A stretch of DNA of 64,000 nt, taken from assembly GCA_050015075.1 (NCBI GenBank), contig JBEKCB010000015.1, positions 37,235 through 101,234 on the forward strand, given 5' to 3'. Numbering within the stretch: position 1 is the stretch's first letter; every line of letters starts with the position of its first letter. Source of the stretch: Candidatus Brocadiia bacterium. Its GTDB lineage: Bacteria > Planctomycetota > Brocadiia > CAIUPP01. Below the pieces are notes generated by a model. That model saw nothing but the letters and a program-made list of their open reading frames with translations. It had not been told where the DNA came from and made no database searches. This document shows, piece by piece, positions 11,304 to 19,912 of this stretch. The position numbers were made by a program, and so were the translations under genes.

Positions 11304-11849
11304 ATGCGGGATTTGTCGCTGCACGTGCTGGACCTGATGGAGAACTCCATTCGCGCCGGCGCATCGGTGATCTCGGTGACGGTGCGGCAGGATTCGGCGC
11401 GCAACCGGCTCAGGATCGTCGTTGCCGACAATGGGCCGGGGCTCGCGGTGCCGGCGAAGGTCGCCACCGATCCGTTCTTCACGACGAAGCGCGGCAAGCG
11501 CACCGGACTCGGGCTGAGCCTTTTCGCTGCGGCGGCCGAGCGCGCCTCCGGAAAATTGGCGCTGCGAAAGTCGCGGCTGGGCGGCTTGTCCGTCGAAGCG
11601 ACGATGCAGCTCGACCACGTGGACCGCGCACCGCTGGGCGATCTCGCCACCACCCTGGCGACAGTCGCAGCGGCCAATCCACGACTGGAGATCCGCTGCC
11701 TGCTCTCGGCCGGAAAACGGCGCCGGGAAGTGCGTTTCAGCCGGGGAAATCGAGCGTTTTCCGCGTCGGGGCCGGACGGGCTTTCACGCGCCGGCGCGCT
11801 GGCGGACGCAGTGCGGAAAGGGATTGCGCAAGCCGGGGTTTTGTGCTAA
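11304..11849 (+). CDS. HATPase_c (histidine-kinase-like ATP-binding) protein
   Basis: MRDLSLHVLDLMENSIRAGA, DNGPG, DPFFTTK, GLGL, HVDRAPLGD. Confidence 0.9.
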   Translation: MRDLSLHVLDLMENSIRAGASVISVTVRQDSARNRLRIVVADNGPGLAVPAKVATDPFFTTKRGKRTGLGLSLFAAAAERASGKLALRKSRLGGLSVEATMQLDHVDRAPLGDLATTLATVAAANPRLEIRCLLSAGKRRREVRFSRGNRAFSASGPDGLSRAGALADAVRKGIAQAGVLC

Positions 11850-11896
11850 CATCAATGTTTCCTGCCCGTGCCTCTGGGAGCATCGAAGGAGAGAAG

Positions 11897-12460
11897 ATGA
11901 GCGAGCAAACTGTCGCCTGCGCCTGCGGCGCGGAAGCCACGGAAGAGCAGCTTCTGGCGCGGCTGGACGACGTGCTGAAGGAATACCGCGATCGGCCCGG
12001 CGCGTTGATCCCGGTGCTGCAAATCGCGCAGGGCATTTTCGGCGGCTACCTGCCGGAATCGGCCCTGAAGCGGATCAGCCTGCGCCTGGACAAGACCTAC
12101 AGCGAGGTCGCCGGCGTGGTGACTTTCTATTCGTTCTTCTCGACCGTGCCGCGCGGCAAGCACCTCGTGCGCGTGTGCCTCGGGACGGCGTGCTACGTCC
12201 GCGGCGGGCGGCGCGTGCTCGACGCGATGAAGCAGAAGCTCGGGATCGACGTCGGCCAGACGACGCCGGACCGCCAGTTCACCCTCGAGGTCGCCCGCTG
12301 CTTCGGCGCCTGCGGCCTGGCGCCGGCGGTGATGATTGACGAAGAAGTCCACCAGCGCGTGAAGCCGAACAAGCTGAACGATCTGCTGGAACCTTATCGC
12401 GACGGCGACAGGACCGAGGTCAAGCCGCGGACGAACGTCGAAGAGAAAACAATTCGCTAA
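11897..12460 (+). CDS. hydC: NuoE/HydC-like [2Fe-2S] subunit of multimeric [FeFe] hydrogenase
   Basis: LIPVLQIAQ, VVTFYSFF, CLGTAC, CFGACGLAP. Confidence 0.92.
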   Translation: MSEQTVACACGAEATEEQLLARLDDVLKEYRDRPGALIPVLQIAQGIFGGYLPESALKRISLRLDKTYSEVAGVVTFYSFFSTVPRGKHLVRVCLGTACYVRGGRRVLDAMKQKLGIDVGQTTPDRQFTLEVARCFGACGLAPAVMIDEEVHQRVKPNKLNDLLEPYRDGDRTEVKPRTNVEEKTIR

Positions 12461-12471
12461 GGGAGCCAGAC

Positions 12472-12837
12472 ATGGCCCGGAAGATCGCGAGCGTTGCGGA
12501 CCTGAACGCGCTGAAGGCGAAGGCGCAGGGCGACGTGGACCTCCGCAGCGGGGCGAAGGAGATCGTGGCGACCGTCCACATGGGCACGTGCGGCATCGCT
12601 GCGGGCGCGCGCGACGTGCTCGCAGAGTTCCTTGCCAGCCCGGACGTTGCCGGGCGCGTCACGCTCCGCCAGACCGGTTGCCTGGGCCTCTGCGACCAGG
12701 AGCCGATGATGACGCTGCTGGACAATTCCGGCAAGAAGTTCGTCTACGGAAAGCTCGACAAGCACAGGACGCGCGAGATCATCCGCGAGCACATCGTCGG
12801 CGGCAGACCCGTGGCGCGGTATCTGATTCAGAGCTGA
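12472..12837 (+). CDS. Thioredoxin-like [2Fe-2S] ferredoxin subunit (HndB/HydD-like)
   Basis: MGTCGIAAGAR, TGCLGLCDQEP. Confidence 0.9.
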   Translation: MARKIASVADLNALKAKAQGDVDLRSGAKEIVATVHMGTCGIAAGARDVLAEFLASPDVAGRVTLRQTGCLGLCDQEPMMTLLDNSGKKFVYGKLDKHRTREIIREHIVGGRPVARYLIQS

Positions 12838-12841
12838 CCTC

Positions 12842-12940
12842 TAGGCGATTGGGAGATTGGGTGATTAGGAGATTGGGACATTCGGAGGCTTGCGCAACCC
12901 AATCCCCCAATCTCCTAAACTCCTAATTTCCGAATTTCCT
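12842..12940. repeat. Intergenic inverted repeat built from 8-bp units (GAGATTGG / CCAATCTC-like)
   Basis: About 5 units on each arm in inverted orientation; same unit as at 44211-44302. Confidence 0.85.
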
Positions 12941-12969
12941 TTCGCAGCAAGAATGGAAGGCTGGAAGTC

Positions 12970-15900
12970 ATGAAGAGCGTTAGAAGCCACATCCTGGTGT
13001 GCACCGGCGCGGGCTGCGTCGCCTCCGGGGCGCTGGAGATCAAGTCGGCGCTCGAGGAATCGCTGCGCCAGCACGGACTGGCCGAGGAAGTGCGCGTGAT
13101 CGGCACCGGCTGCCTGGGCCCGTGCGCGGTCGGCCCGGTGGCGGTCGTCCATCCGGACGGCGTGTTCTACCAGGGCATCAAGCCGGAAGACGCCGGCGTG
13201 ATCGTCTCGGAGCACCTCCTGAAGGGCCGCGTCGTCGAGCGGCTCGTCTACAAGGATGCCGTCAAGGGCCGCAGCGTGCCCGCGCTGCAGGATATCGGCT
13301 TCTTCCGCAAGCAGGTCAAGAACATCCTGCGCAACTGCGGCGTGATAGACCCGCTGAAGATCGAGGAGTATATCGCCAACGACGGATACCAGGCGCTGTC
13401 GAAGGCGCTGACGGCGATGAAGCCGGAAGAGGTCATTGACTTGGTCAAGCGCTCCGGCCTGCGCGGCCGCGGCGGCGCGGGATTCCCGACCGGCCTGAAA
13501 TGGGAACTGACTCGCAAGTCCGCCGGCACGACGAAATTCGTCCTCTGCAACGGCGACGAAGGCGACCCGGGCGCGTTCATGGACCGGAGCATCCTCGAAG
13601 GCGACCCGCACAGCGTGATCGAGGGCATGGCGATCGCCGGCTACGCCATCGGCTCGTCCCAAGGCTATGCGTACATCCGGGCGGAGTATCCGCTGGCCGT
13701 CGAGCGGTTCGGCAAGGCGCTCGTCCAGGCGCGCGAGTACGGCCTGCTCGGCAAGAACATCCTCGGGACCAGCTTCGAGTTCGACGTGGAGATCCGCATG
13801 GGCTCCGGCGCGTTCGTCTGCGGCGAGGAGACCGCGCTGATGACCTCCATCGAGGGCAAGCGCGGCGAGCCGCGTCCGCGTCCGCCGTTCCCGGCGGTCA
13901 AGGGACTCTGGGGCAAGCCGAGCCTGTTGAACAACGTCGAGACGTACTCGAACGTGCCGCTGATCCTGACGAAGGGCGTGGCCTGGTACACCGCGATCGG
14001 CTCGGCGAAGAGCAAGGGCACGAAGGTCTTCGCGCTGGCCGGCAAGGTGAACAACACCGGGCTGGTCGAGGTCCCGATCGGCACGCCGCTCGGCGAGATC
14101 ATCTACGACATCGGCGGCGGCATCCCCGGCGGCAAGAAGTTCAAGGCCGCGCAGATGGGCGGGCCGTCCGGCGGCTGTATCCCGAAGGAGCATCTCAACG
14201 TGCCGGTGGACTACGAGACGCTCACCGAGCTCGGCGCGATCATGGGCTCCGGCGGCCTGATCGTGATGGACGAGGACAGTTGCATGGTGGACGTGGCGCG
14301 GTTCTTCCTCGATTTCGTCCAGGACGAATCGTGCGGCAAGTGCGTGCCGTGCCGCATCGGCACCAAGCGCATGCTCGAGATCGTCAACCGCATCTGCGAG
14401 GGCAAAGGCCAGGAAAGCGACATCGAGCGGCTGATAGACCTGGGCGGCAAGATCAAGGACACCGCGCTCTGCGGCCTGGGCCAGACGGCGCCGAACCCCG
14501 TGCTCTCGACGATCCGCCATTTCCGCGACGAGTACGTCGCGCACATCCGCGACAAGCGCTGCCCGGCGGGCGTCTGCCCCGCGCTCGTGCGCGCGCCGTG
14601 CCAGAATGCCTGCCCGGCGGCGGTGGACGTGCCCGGCTTCGTGTCGCTCATCGGCGAGAAGCGCTACTCCGAGGCGCTCGGCCTGCACCGCGAGCGCAAC
14701 CCCTTCGCCTCCGTCTGCGCACGCGTCTGCTTCCACACCTGCGAGGACAAGTGCCGCCGCTCCACGCTCGACGACGCGCTCTCCATCCGCGGGCTGAAGC
14801 GCTACCTCGTCGAGCAGGAAGTCACGATCCAGCTTCCCGAAATCCGCGACGACGAAAAGAACGCCAAGCGCAAGATCGCCATCGTCGGCGCCGGCCCGGC
14901 CGGGCTGAGCTGCGCGTATTTCCTCGCGCGGATGGGCTATCGGCCGAACGTGTTCGAGGCCGAGCAGCGACCCGGCGGCATGCTCGTGCAGACGATCCCG
15001 GCGTACCGGCTGCCGCGCGAGGAGCTGGCGCGCGAGGTGCGGATGATCGAGCGGCTCGGCGTGGACATCCAGACCGGAGTGCGGCTCGGGAAGGACTTCT
15101 CGCTCACGAGCCTCCGCAACGAGGGATACGAGGCGGTGTTCCTCGGCGTCGGCGCGCCGCAGGGGACGAACCTGGGCGTGCCCGGCGAAGAGCTGGAAGG
15201 CGTGACCGACGCGATCGGTTTCCTGCGCGAGTACAACATCCGCGGCTCGGCGCACGTCGGGCGCAAGGTGGCCGTGGTCGGCGGCGGGAACGCGGCGGTG
15301 GATGCGGCGCGGACGGCGATCCGCCTCGGCGCCGAGTCGGCGACGATCCTCTATCGCCGCAGCCGCGACGAGATGCCCGCTTACGCCGAGGAGATTGACG
15401 AAGCCGAGCACGAGGGCGTCGTCCTCAAGGTACTCGCTGCGCCGGTGGAGATTCTCGGGAAAGACGGCCATGTCGCCGGCGTCAAGTGCAGCGCCATGGT
15501 GCTCGGCGATTTCGACCGCAGCGGCCGCCGCCGCCCGATCGAGATGAGCAGCGGCGAGTTCGTCGAAGAGGCCGACCAGGTGATCGTGGCCATCGGCCAG
15601 GCGGTGGACGCGGACAGCCTGCGCAACGGCGTGGACCTGAAGCTGACCCGGAGCAAGTTCATCGAGATCAACCCGGTGAACGGGCAGACCTCGGTGCCGT
15701 GGATTTTCGCCGGCGGCGACGCCGCCACGGGCCCGTCGTCGGTGGCCGAGGCGGTCGGCAGCGGCGAGAGCGCCGCCGTCGGGATGGACGAGATGCTCAC
15801 CGGCGCGAAGCACGCGTTCTGGCGCGTCGAGCGCGACGTCGGGACGGCGTTCGACCCGGAGGCCGACCCGGTGCAATATCCGCGCGCGCAGATGCAGTTG

Positions 15901-16017
15901 ATCCCCGTCGCCCGCCGCCGGCAGAACTTCAGCGAGGTGGAGCAGCCGTTCGGCCCGCAGGACGCGCTGCGCGAAGCGAAGCGGTGCCTGCGATGCGATT
16001 ACCGGGCCAAAGAATAA
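12970..16017 (+). CDS. hydB: NuoF/HydB-like FMN/NAD subunit fused to a GltD/NfnL-like FAD/NADP oxidoreductase
   Basis: N-terminal 2Fe-2S (CTGAGC..CLGPC); SGLRGRGGAGFPTG, NGDEGDPGAFMDR, CGKCVPC; then PCQNACP, CARVCFHTCEDKC, GAGPAG, GGGNAAVDAA, YRR, EAKRCLRC. Confidence 0.92.
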   Translation: MKSVRSHILVCTGAGCVASGALEIKSALEESLRQHGLAEEVRVIGTGCLGPCAVGPVAVVHPDGVFYQGIKPEDAGVIVSEHLLKGRVVERLVYKDAVKGRSVPALQDIGFFRKQVKNILRNCGVIDPLKIEEYIANDGYQALSKALTAMKPEEVIDLVKRSGLRGRGGAGFPTGLKWELTRKSAGTTKFVLCNGDEGDPGAFMDRSILEGDPHSVIEGMAIAGYAIGSSQGYAYIRAEYPLAVERFGKALVQAREYGLLGKNILGTSFEFDVEIRMGSGAFVCGEETALMTSIEGKRGEPRPRPPFPAVKGLWGKPSLLNNVETYSNVPLILTKGVAWYTAIGSAKSKGTKVFALAGKVNNTGLVEVPIGTPLGEIIYDIGGGIPGGKKFKAAQMGGPSGGCIPKEHLNVPVDYETLTELGAIMGSGGLIVMDEDSCMVDVARFFLDFVQDESCGKCVPCRIGTKRMLEIVNRICEGKGQESDIERLIDLGGKIKDTALCGLGQTAPNPVLSTIRHFRDEYVAHIRDKRCPAGVCPALVRAPCQNACPAAVDVPGFVSLIGEKRYSEALGLHRERNPFASVCARVCFHTCEDKCRRSTLDDALSIRGLKRYLVEQEVTIQLPEIRDDEKNAKRKIAIVGAGPAGLSCAYFLARMGYRPNVFEAEQRPGGMLVQTIPAYRLPREELAREVRMIERLGVDIQTGVRLGKDFSLTSLRNEGYEAVFLGVGAPQGTNLGVPGEELEGVTDAIGFLREYNIRGSAHVGRKVAVVGGGNAAVDAARTAIRLGAESATILYRRSRDEMPAYAEEIDEAEHEGVVLKVLAAPVEILGKDGHVAGVKCSAMVLGDFDRSGRRRPIEMSSGEFVEEADQVIVAIGQAVDADSLRNGVDLKLTRSKFIEINPVNGQTSVPWIFAGGDAATGPSSVAEAVGSGESAAVGMDEMLTGAKHAFWRVERDVGTAFDPEADPVQYPRAQMQLIPVARRRQNFSEVEQPFGPQDALREAKRCLRCDYRAKE

Positions 16018-16030
16018 GGAGTCGTGCGGC

Positions 16031-17803
16031 ATGCCATCACTGACGATTGACCAGATCCCGGTCGAAGTCCCCGACGGGACGACTATCCTCGATGCCGCGC
16101 ACAAGGCGGGCATCATGGTGCCGACGCTGTGCTACCTGGAGAACGTCCAGGCGATCGGCGCGTGCCGCGTCTGCGTCGTCGAGGTCGAGGGCGCCAAGAC
16201 GCTCATCGCCTCGTGCGTGGCGCCGGCGGCGAACGGGATGAAAGTTCAGACCAACTCCCGCCGCGTCCGCGAGGCGCGCCGCATGGTCGTCGAGATGCTC
16301 CTCTCGGACCACGACGGCGACTGCCAGACCTGCGACCGCAGCGAGAATTGCGAGCTCCAGTCGCTCGCGCGCGAGCTCGGCATCCGCCAGGTGACCTACG
16401 CCGGCGACAAGAGCCGCAAGATTGTGGATTCCAGCACGCCCGCGCTCAAGCGCGACACGTCGAAGTGCGTGCTCTGCCGGCGCTGCATCACCGTCTGCAA
16501 CGAGATCCAGGGCGTCGGCGCGCTGCAGCCGCAGTACCGCGGGTTCAAGACCGTCGTCGGCCCGGCGTTCTGCAGCGAGCTGAAGGACGTCGTCTGCGTG
16601 CAGTGCGGCCAGTGCGGCGCGGTTTGCCCGGTCGGCGCGATCACCGAGCGAGAGGACATTGACGAGGTCTGGGCCGCGCTGGACGACCCGAAAAAGCACG
16701 TCGTCGTTCAGACCGCCCCGGCGATCCGCGCGGCGCTCGGAGAGTGCTTCGGCTATCCGCCCGGCACGCTCGTGACCGGCAAGATGGTCAGCGCGCTGCG
16801 GCGGCTCGGCTTCGACGCGGTCTTCGACACCAACTTCGCCGCCGACCTGACGATCATGGAGGAAGGCACCGAGTTGCTCACGCGCCTCAAGCAGGCCCTG
16901 GTCGAGAAGAAGCCGGTCGCGCTGCCGATGTTCACGAGCTGTTCGCCCGGCTGGATCAAGTACCTGGAGCATTTCTATCCGGAGATGCTGCCGAACCTCT
17001 CGACGTGCAAATCGCCGCAGCAGATGTTCGGCGCGCTCGCGAAGACGTACTACGCGCAGAAGATCGGCCGGAAGGCGGAGGAGATCACCGTCGTCTCGGT
17101 CATGCCGTGCACCGCGAAGAAGTTCGAGGCGCGGCGTCCGGAGATGGACGGCAGCGGCGTGCGCGACGTGGACGTGGTGCTGACCACGCGCGAGCTCGGG
17201 CGGATGATCCGGCAGGCCGGGATTGATTTCGCCTCGCTGCCGGACGGAAAGATGGATTCGCCGCTGGGAGTGTCTTCGGGCGCGGCGGATATCTTCGCGA
17301 ACACCGGCGGCGTGATGGAGGCGGCGCTGCGGACGGCGTACGAGATCGCCACCGGGCGGCCGCTGCCGTTCGAGAACCTGCACGTGAAGCCGATCGAGGG
17401 ACTCGAGGGCGTGAAGGCCGCGTCGTTCCAGATCACCGGCGCGCTGCCGGCGTGGTCGTTCCTGGAAGGCGTCACGCTGAGCGTCGCGGTGGCGCACGGG
17501 CTGTCGAACGCGCGGAAGGTTATCGAGCGCATCAAGTCCGGAGAGGGCGCGTATCACTTCGTCGAAATCATGACCTGTCCGGGCGGCTGCATCGGCGGCG
17601 GCGGACAGCCGCGGTTGACGACGAACGCAGTGCGGAAGGCGCGCATCGCGGCGATCTACAAGGAAGACGAAGGCAAGAAACTGCGCAAGTCGCATGAGAA
17701 TCCGGAGGTCCAGCAGATCTACCGCGAATTCCTCGGTGCGCCGCTCAGCGAAAAGTCGCACCACCTGCTGCACACGGAATATACCGCGAGGGCGAAAGTC
17801 TAA
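16031..17803 (+). CDS. hydA: [FeFe]-hydrogenase catalytic subunit (group A, multimeric)
   Basis: H-cluster motifs FTSCSPGW, MPCTAKKFE, EIMTCPGGCIGGGGQP; N-terminal 2Fe-2S, His-ligated 4Fe-4S and 2x4Fe-4S motifs. Confidence 0.96.
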   Translation: MPSLTIDQIPVEVPDGTTILDAAHKAGIMVPTLCYLENVQAIGACRVCVVEVEGAKTLIASCVAPAANGMKVQTNSRRVREARRMVVEMLLSDHDGDCQTCDRSENCELQSLARELGIRQVTYAGDKSRKIVDSSTPALKRDTSKCVLCRRCITVCNEIQGVGALQPQYRGFKTVVGPAFCSELKDVVCVQCGQCGAVCPVGAITEREDIDEVWAALDDPKKHVVVQTAPAIRAALGECFGYPPGTLVTGKMVSALRRLGFDAVFDTNFAADLTIMEEGTELLTRLKQALVEKKPVALPMFTSCSPGWIKYLEHFYPEMLPNLSTCKSPQQMFGALAKTYYAQKIGRKAEEITVVSVMPCTAKKFEARRPEMDGSGVRDVDVVLTTRELGRMIRQAGIDFASLPDGKMDSPLGVSSGAADIFANTGGVMEAALRTAYEIATGRPLPFENLHVKPIEGLEGVKAASFQITGALPAWSFLEGVTLSVAVAHGLSNARKVIERIKSGEGAYHFVEIMTCPGGCIGGGGQPRLTTNAVRKARIAAIYKEDEGKKLRKSHENPEVQQIYREFLGAPLSEKSHHLLHTEYTARAKV

Positions 17804-17853
17804 GCGGGCGCGGAATACGCACTGGCCGGATTTGCCGACGAGAGGTTTATCCC

Positions 17854-18756
17854 ATGCTGTCCGCGTTTCACCTGCTTCTGTCTTACAAGTGCACCCTCGC
17901 GTGCGATCACTGCTTCCTCTACTCCGCGCCGAGTGCCCGAGGCACCATGACCATCGGGCAAATCACGGGCGTGCTTGATGAGTCTCAGAAACTCGGCACG
18001 ATCAAAGACATCTACTTCGAGGGCGGAGAGCCGTTCCTGTTCTACGCGCTCATGATCGAGGGCATTCGGCAGGCGAGGGAAAGAGGATTCAAGGCCGGCA
18101 TCGTCACGAACGGTTATTGGGCGACCAGCGTGGAAGATGCCAAGCTGTGGCTCAAGCCTCTTTTAGAACTCGGCGTTTCCGACCTGACCATCAGCGATGA
18201 CGAACTTCATCACGGCGCCATTGTCGAAAGCCCCGCCAAAAATGCCCTGGCCGCGGCGCAGCAACTGGGGATGCCCAGTTCCGCCTTGCGCAAAGCAAAG
18301 CCGGAAGTCGTGAAATGCTCGGCGGGCAGCCAGGAAAAGGGAACGCCCGAAATCAGCGGCGGGATCAAAATGCGCGGAAGGGCGGTTGAAAAATTCGCCA
18401 AGGGATTGCCGACGCGGCGCCGCGCGGGACTCGCGCGGTGTCCCTACGAGAATTTGTCGGAGCCGGCCAGGGTCCATCTCGACGCATACGGAAACGTTCA
18501 CATCTGCCAGGGTCTCAGCATCGGCAATTTCCGGGAGAAGCCGCTATCCGCCGTCGTGAAGGACTACGATCCGCAGCGTCATCCCATTTGCGGGCCGCTG
18601 CTTCGCGGGGGGCCGATCCGCCTGGTCGAGGAATACGGTCTCGACTTGCCCGGTGAATATGTTGACGAGTGCCACCTGTGTTTCGCGGCGCGGCTGGCCT
18701 TGCTCGACAAGTTTCCCGAATACCTCGCTCCGAGGCAGGTTTATGGACTCGCGTAG
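17854..18756 (+). CDS. Radical SAM protein
   Basis: CTLACDHC (CX3CX2C), GGEPFL, TNGYWA; C-terminal ECHLC. Confidence 0.9.
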   Translation: MLSAFHLLLSYKCTLACDHCFLYSAPSARGTMTIGQITGVLDESQKLGTIKDIYFEGGEPFLFYALMIEGIRQARERGFKAGIVTNGYWATSVEDAKLWLKPLLELGVSDLTISDDELHHGAIVESPAKNALAAAQQLGMPSSALRKAKPEVVKCSAGSQEKGTPEISGGIKMRGRAVEKFAKGLPTRRRAGLARCPYENLSEPARVHLDAYGNVHICQGLSIGNFREKPLSAVVKDYDPQRHPICGPLLRGGPIRLVEEYGLDLPGEYVDECHLCFAARLALLDKFPEYLAPRQVYGLA

Positions 18757-19147
18757 CCCCCCGGCGTTCGTGATGGTCGTGGACGACGATCTCGACTTCC
18801 TGGAGATCTGCCGCCACGTGCTGCAGGCCGGCGGCTACCGCGTCGCCTGCGTCGCCGAGCCGGAGGAGGCGCTCAAGCAGATGGCCGTCGAGATGCCCGC
18901 CCTCGTCATCAGCGACCTCATGATGAAGACCCTCGACGCCGGGTTCCTGTTCGTCAAACAGCTCCGCGACGACGCGCGGTTCCGCGCCGTGCCGGTGATC
19001 ATCATGACCGGCGTCGCCGGCCGGCGCGGATACGATTTCCAGCCGCGCACGGCGGAGGACCTGGCCGCCATGCGCGTGGACGCTTTCCTCACCAAGCCCG
19101 CCACGCCCGAGCAGCTCCTCGCCAAGGTGCGCGAACTCGTCGGGTGA
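18743..19147 (+). CDS. Single-domain response regulator (receiver)
   Basis: VVDDD, SDLMM (phospho-Asp), IIMTG, KP. Confidence 0.88.
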   Translation: MDSRSPPAFVMVVDDDLDFLEICRHVLQAGGYRVACVAEPEEALKQMAVEMPALVISDLMMKTLDAGFLFVKQLRDDARFRAVPVIIMTGVAGRRGYDFQPRTAEDLAAMRVDAFLTKPATPEQLLAKVRELVG

Positions 19148-19170
19148 CCGCGGGCCGCAATCTTTTTGCC

Positions 19171-19199
19171 TTGACCGTGCCTCGCCGATAGCGCATAAT
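19171..19199 (+). promoter_or_regulatory. sigma70-type promoter of cheB-cheR-kinase
   Basis: TTGACC-17-CATAAT. Confidence 0.5.
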
Positions 19200-19279
19200 C
19201 ACTGATGAGGGGGCTTCGGGCGAAATCGCGGCAGGTGGGGTGTTTTCGTCGAGTTCACTTTCTAGGCTGGAGGCAGGCG

Positions 19280-19912
19280 ATGGGCCAGCGTGCGCGCGGC
19301 GATGCCTCCCGGGCAAAGCGCAGGGCCGCGTTCGACATCGTGGCCATCGGCGCGTCGGCGGGCGGGCTGCACGCGTTGATGGCTGTGGTGGGATCGCTGC
19401 CGGCCGACTTTCCCGCGGCGGTCGTCATCGTCCAGCACCTGGACCCGAAGCATCGCAGCATGCTGGCCGACATCCTCAGCCGCCACACGCCGCTGCGCGT
19501 CAAGGAAGCGGAGGATGGCGAGCCGGTTGCGTCCGGCGTCATCTATACGGCGCCGCCCGACCGGCACCTGCTGGTCAACAGCGACGGCACGCTCTCGCTC
19601 TCGCGGTCGGAGTTGGTGCATTTCCTGCGGCCGTCGGCCGACCTGCTGCTGGAATCGGTGGCGGCGAGCTTCAAGCGGCGCGCCATCGCCGTGATCCTGA
19701 GCGGCACCGGCAGCGACGGCAGCATGGGCGTGAAGGCGATCAAGAAGATGGGCGGCGCGGTGATCGCGCAGGACCCGAAGACGGCGGAATTCCCGGGGAT
19801 GCCCGGCGCCGCAGTCCTGACCGAATGCGTGGATTCCGTCCGGGCGCTGGACGAGATCGGGCCGAACCTCGTGGCCCTCGTCATGAGAGAGAAACAACAT
19901 GGGCAAGGGTGA
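19280..19912 (+). CDS. cheB: CheB-type methylesterase (no receiver domain)
   Basis: GASAGG, QHL, RPSAD, LSGTGSDG and GMP motifs; catalytic Ser-His-Asp present. Confidence 0.92.
   Translation: MGQRARGDASRAKRRAAFDIVAIGASAGGLHALMAVVGSLPADFPAAVVIVQHLDPKHRSMLADILSRHTPLRVKEAEDGEPVASGVIYTAPPDRHLLVNSDGTLSLSRSELVHFLRPSADLLLESVAASFKRRAIAVILSGTGSDGSMGVKAIKKMGGAVIAQDPKTAEFPGMPGAAVLTECVDSVRALDEIGPNLVALVMREKQHGQG

Noticed and set aside
10655-11896. 601-aa ORF implying a long N-terminal extension of the NuoE-like subunit
   Set aside because: The extension overlaps the PHP and HATPase genes in other frames. The real start is ATG 11897 after AAGGAG.
12865-16116. Long antisense and alternative-frame ORFs (e.g. 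12865-16116 -, 23044-25473 -, 44858-47305 +, 3371-5086 +)
   Set aside because: These are shadow ORFs of high-GC genes that have clear family motifs in another frame.
17843-18744. AGGTTTAT direct repeat flanking the radical SAM gene as a target-site duplication
   Set aside because: It is only 8 bp, and the second copy lies inside the coding end (QVYG), so it cannot be separated from chance.
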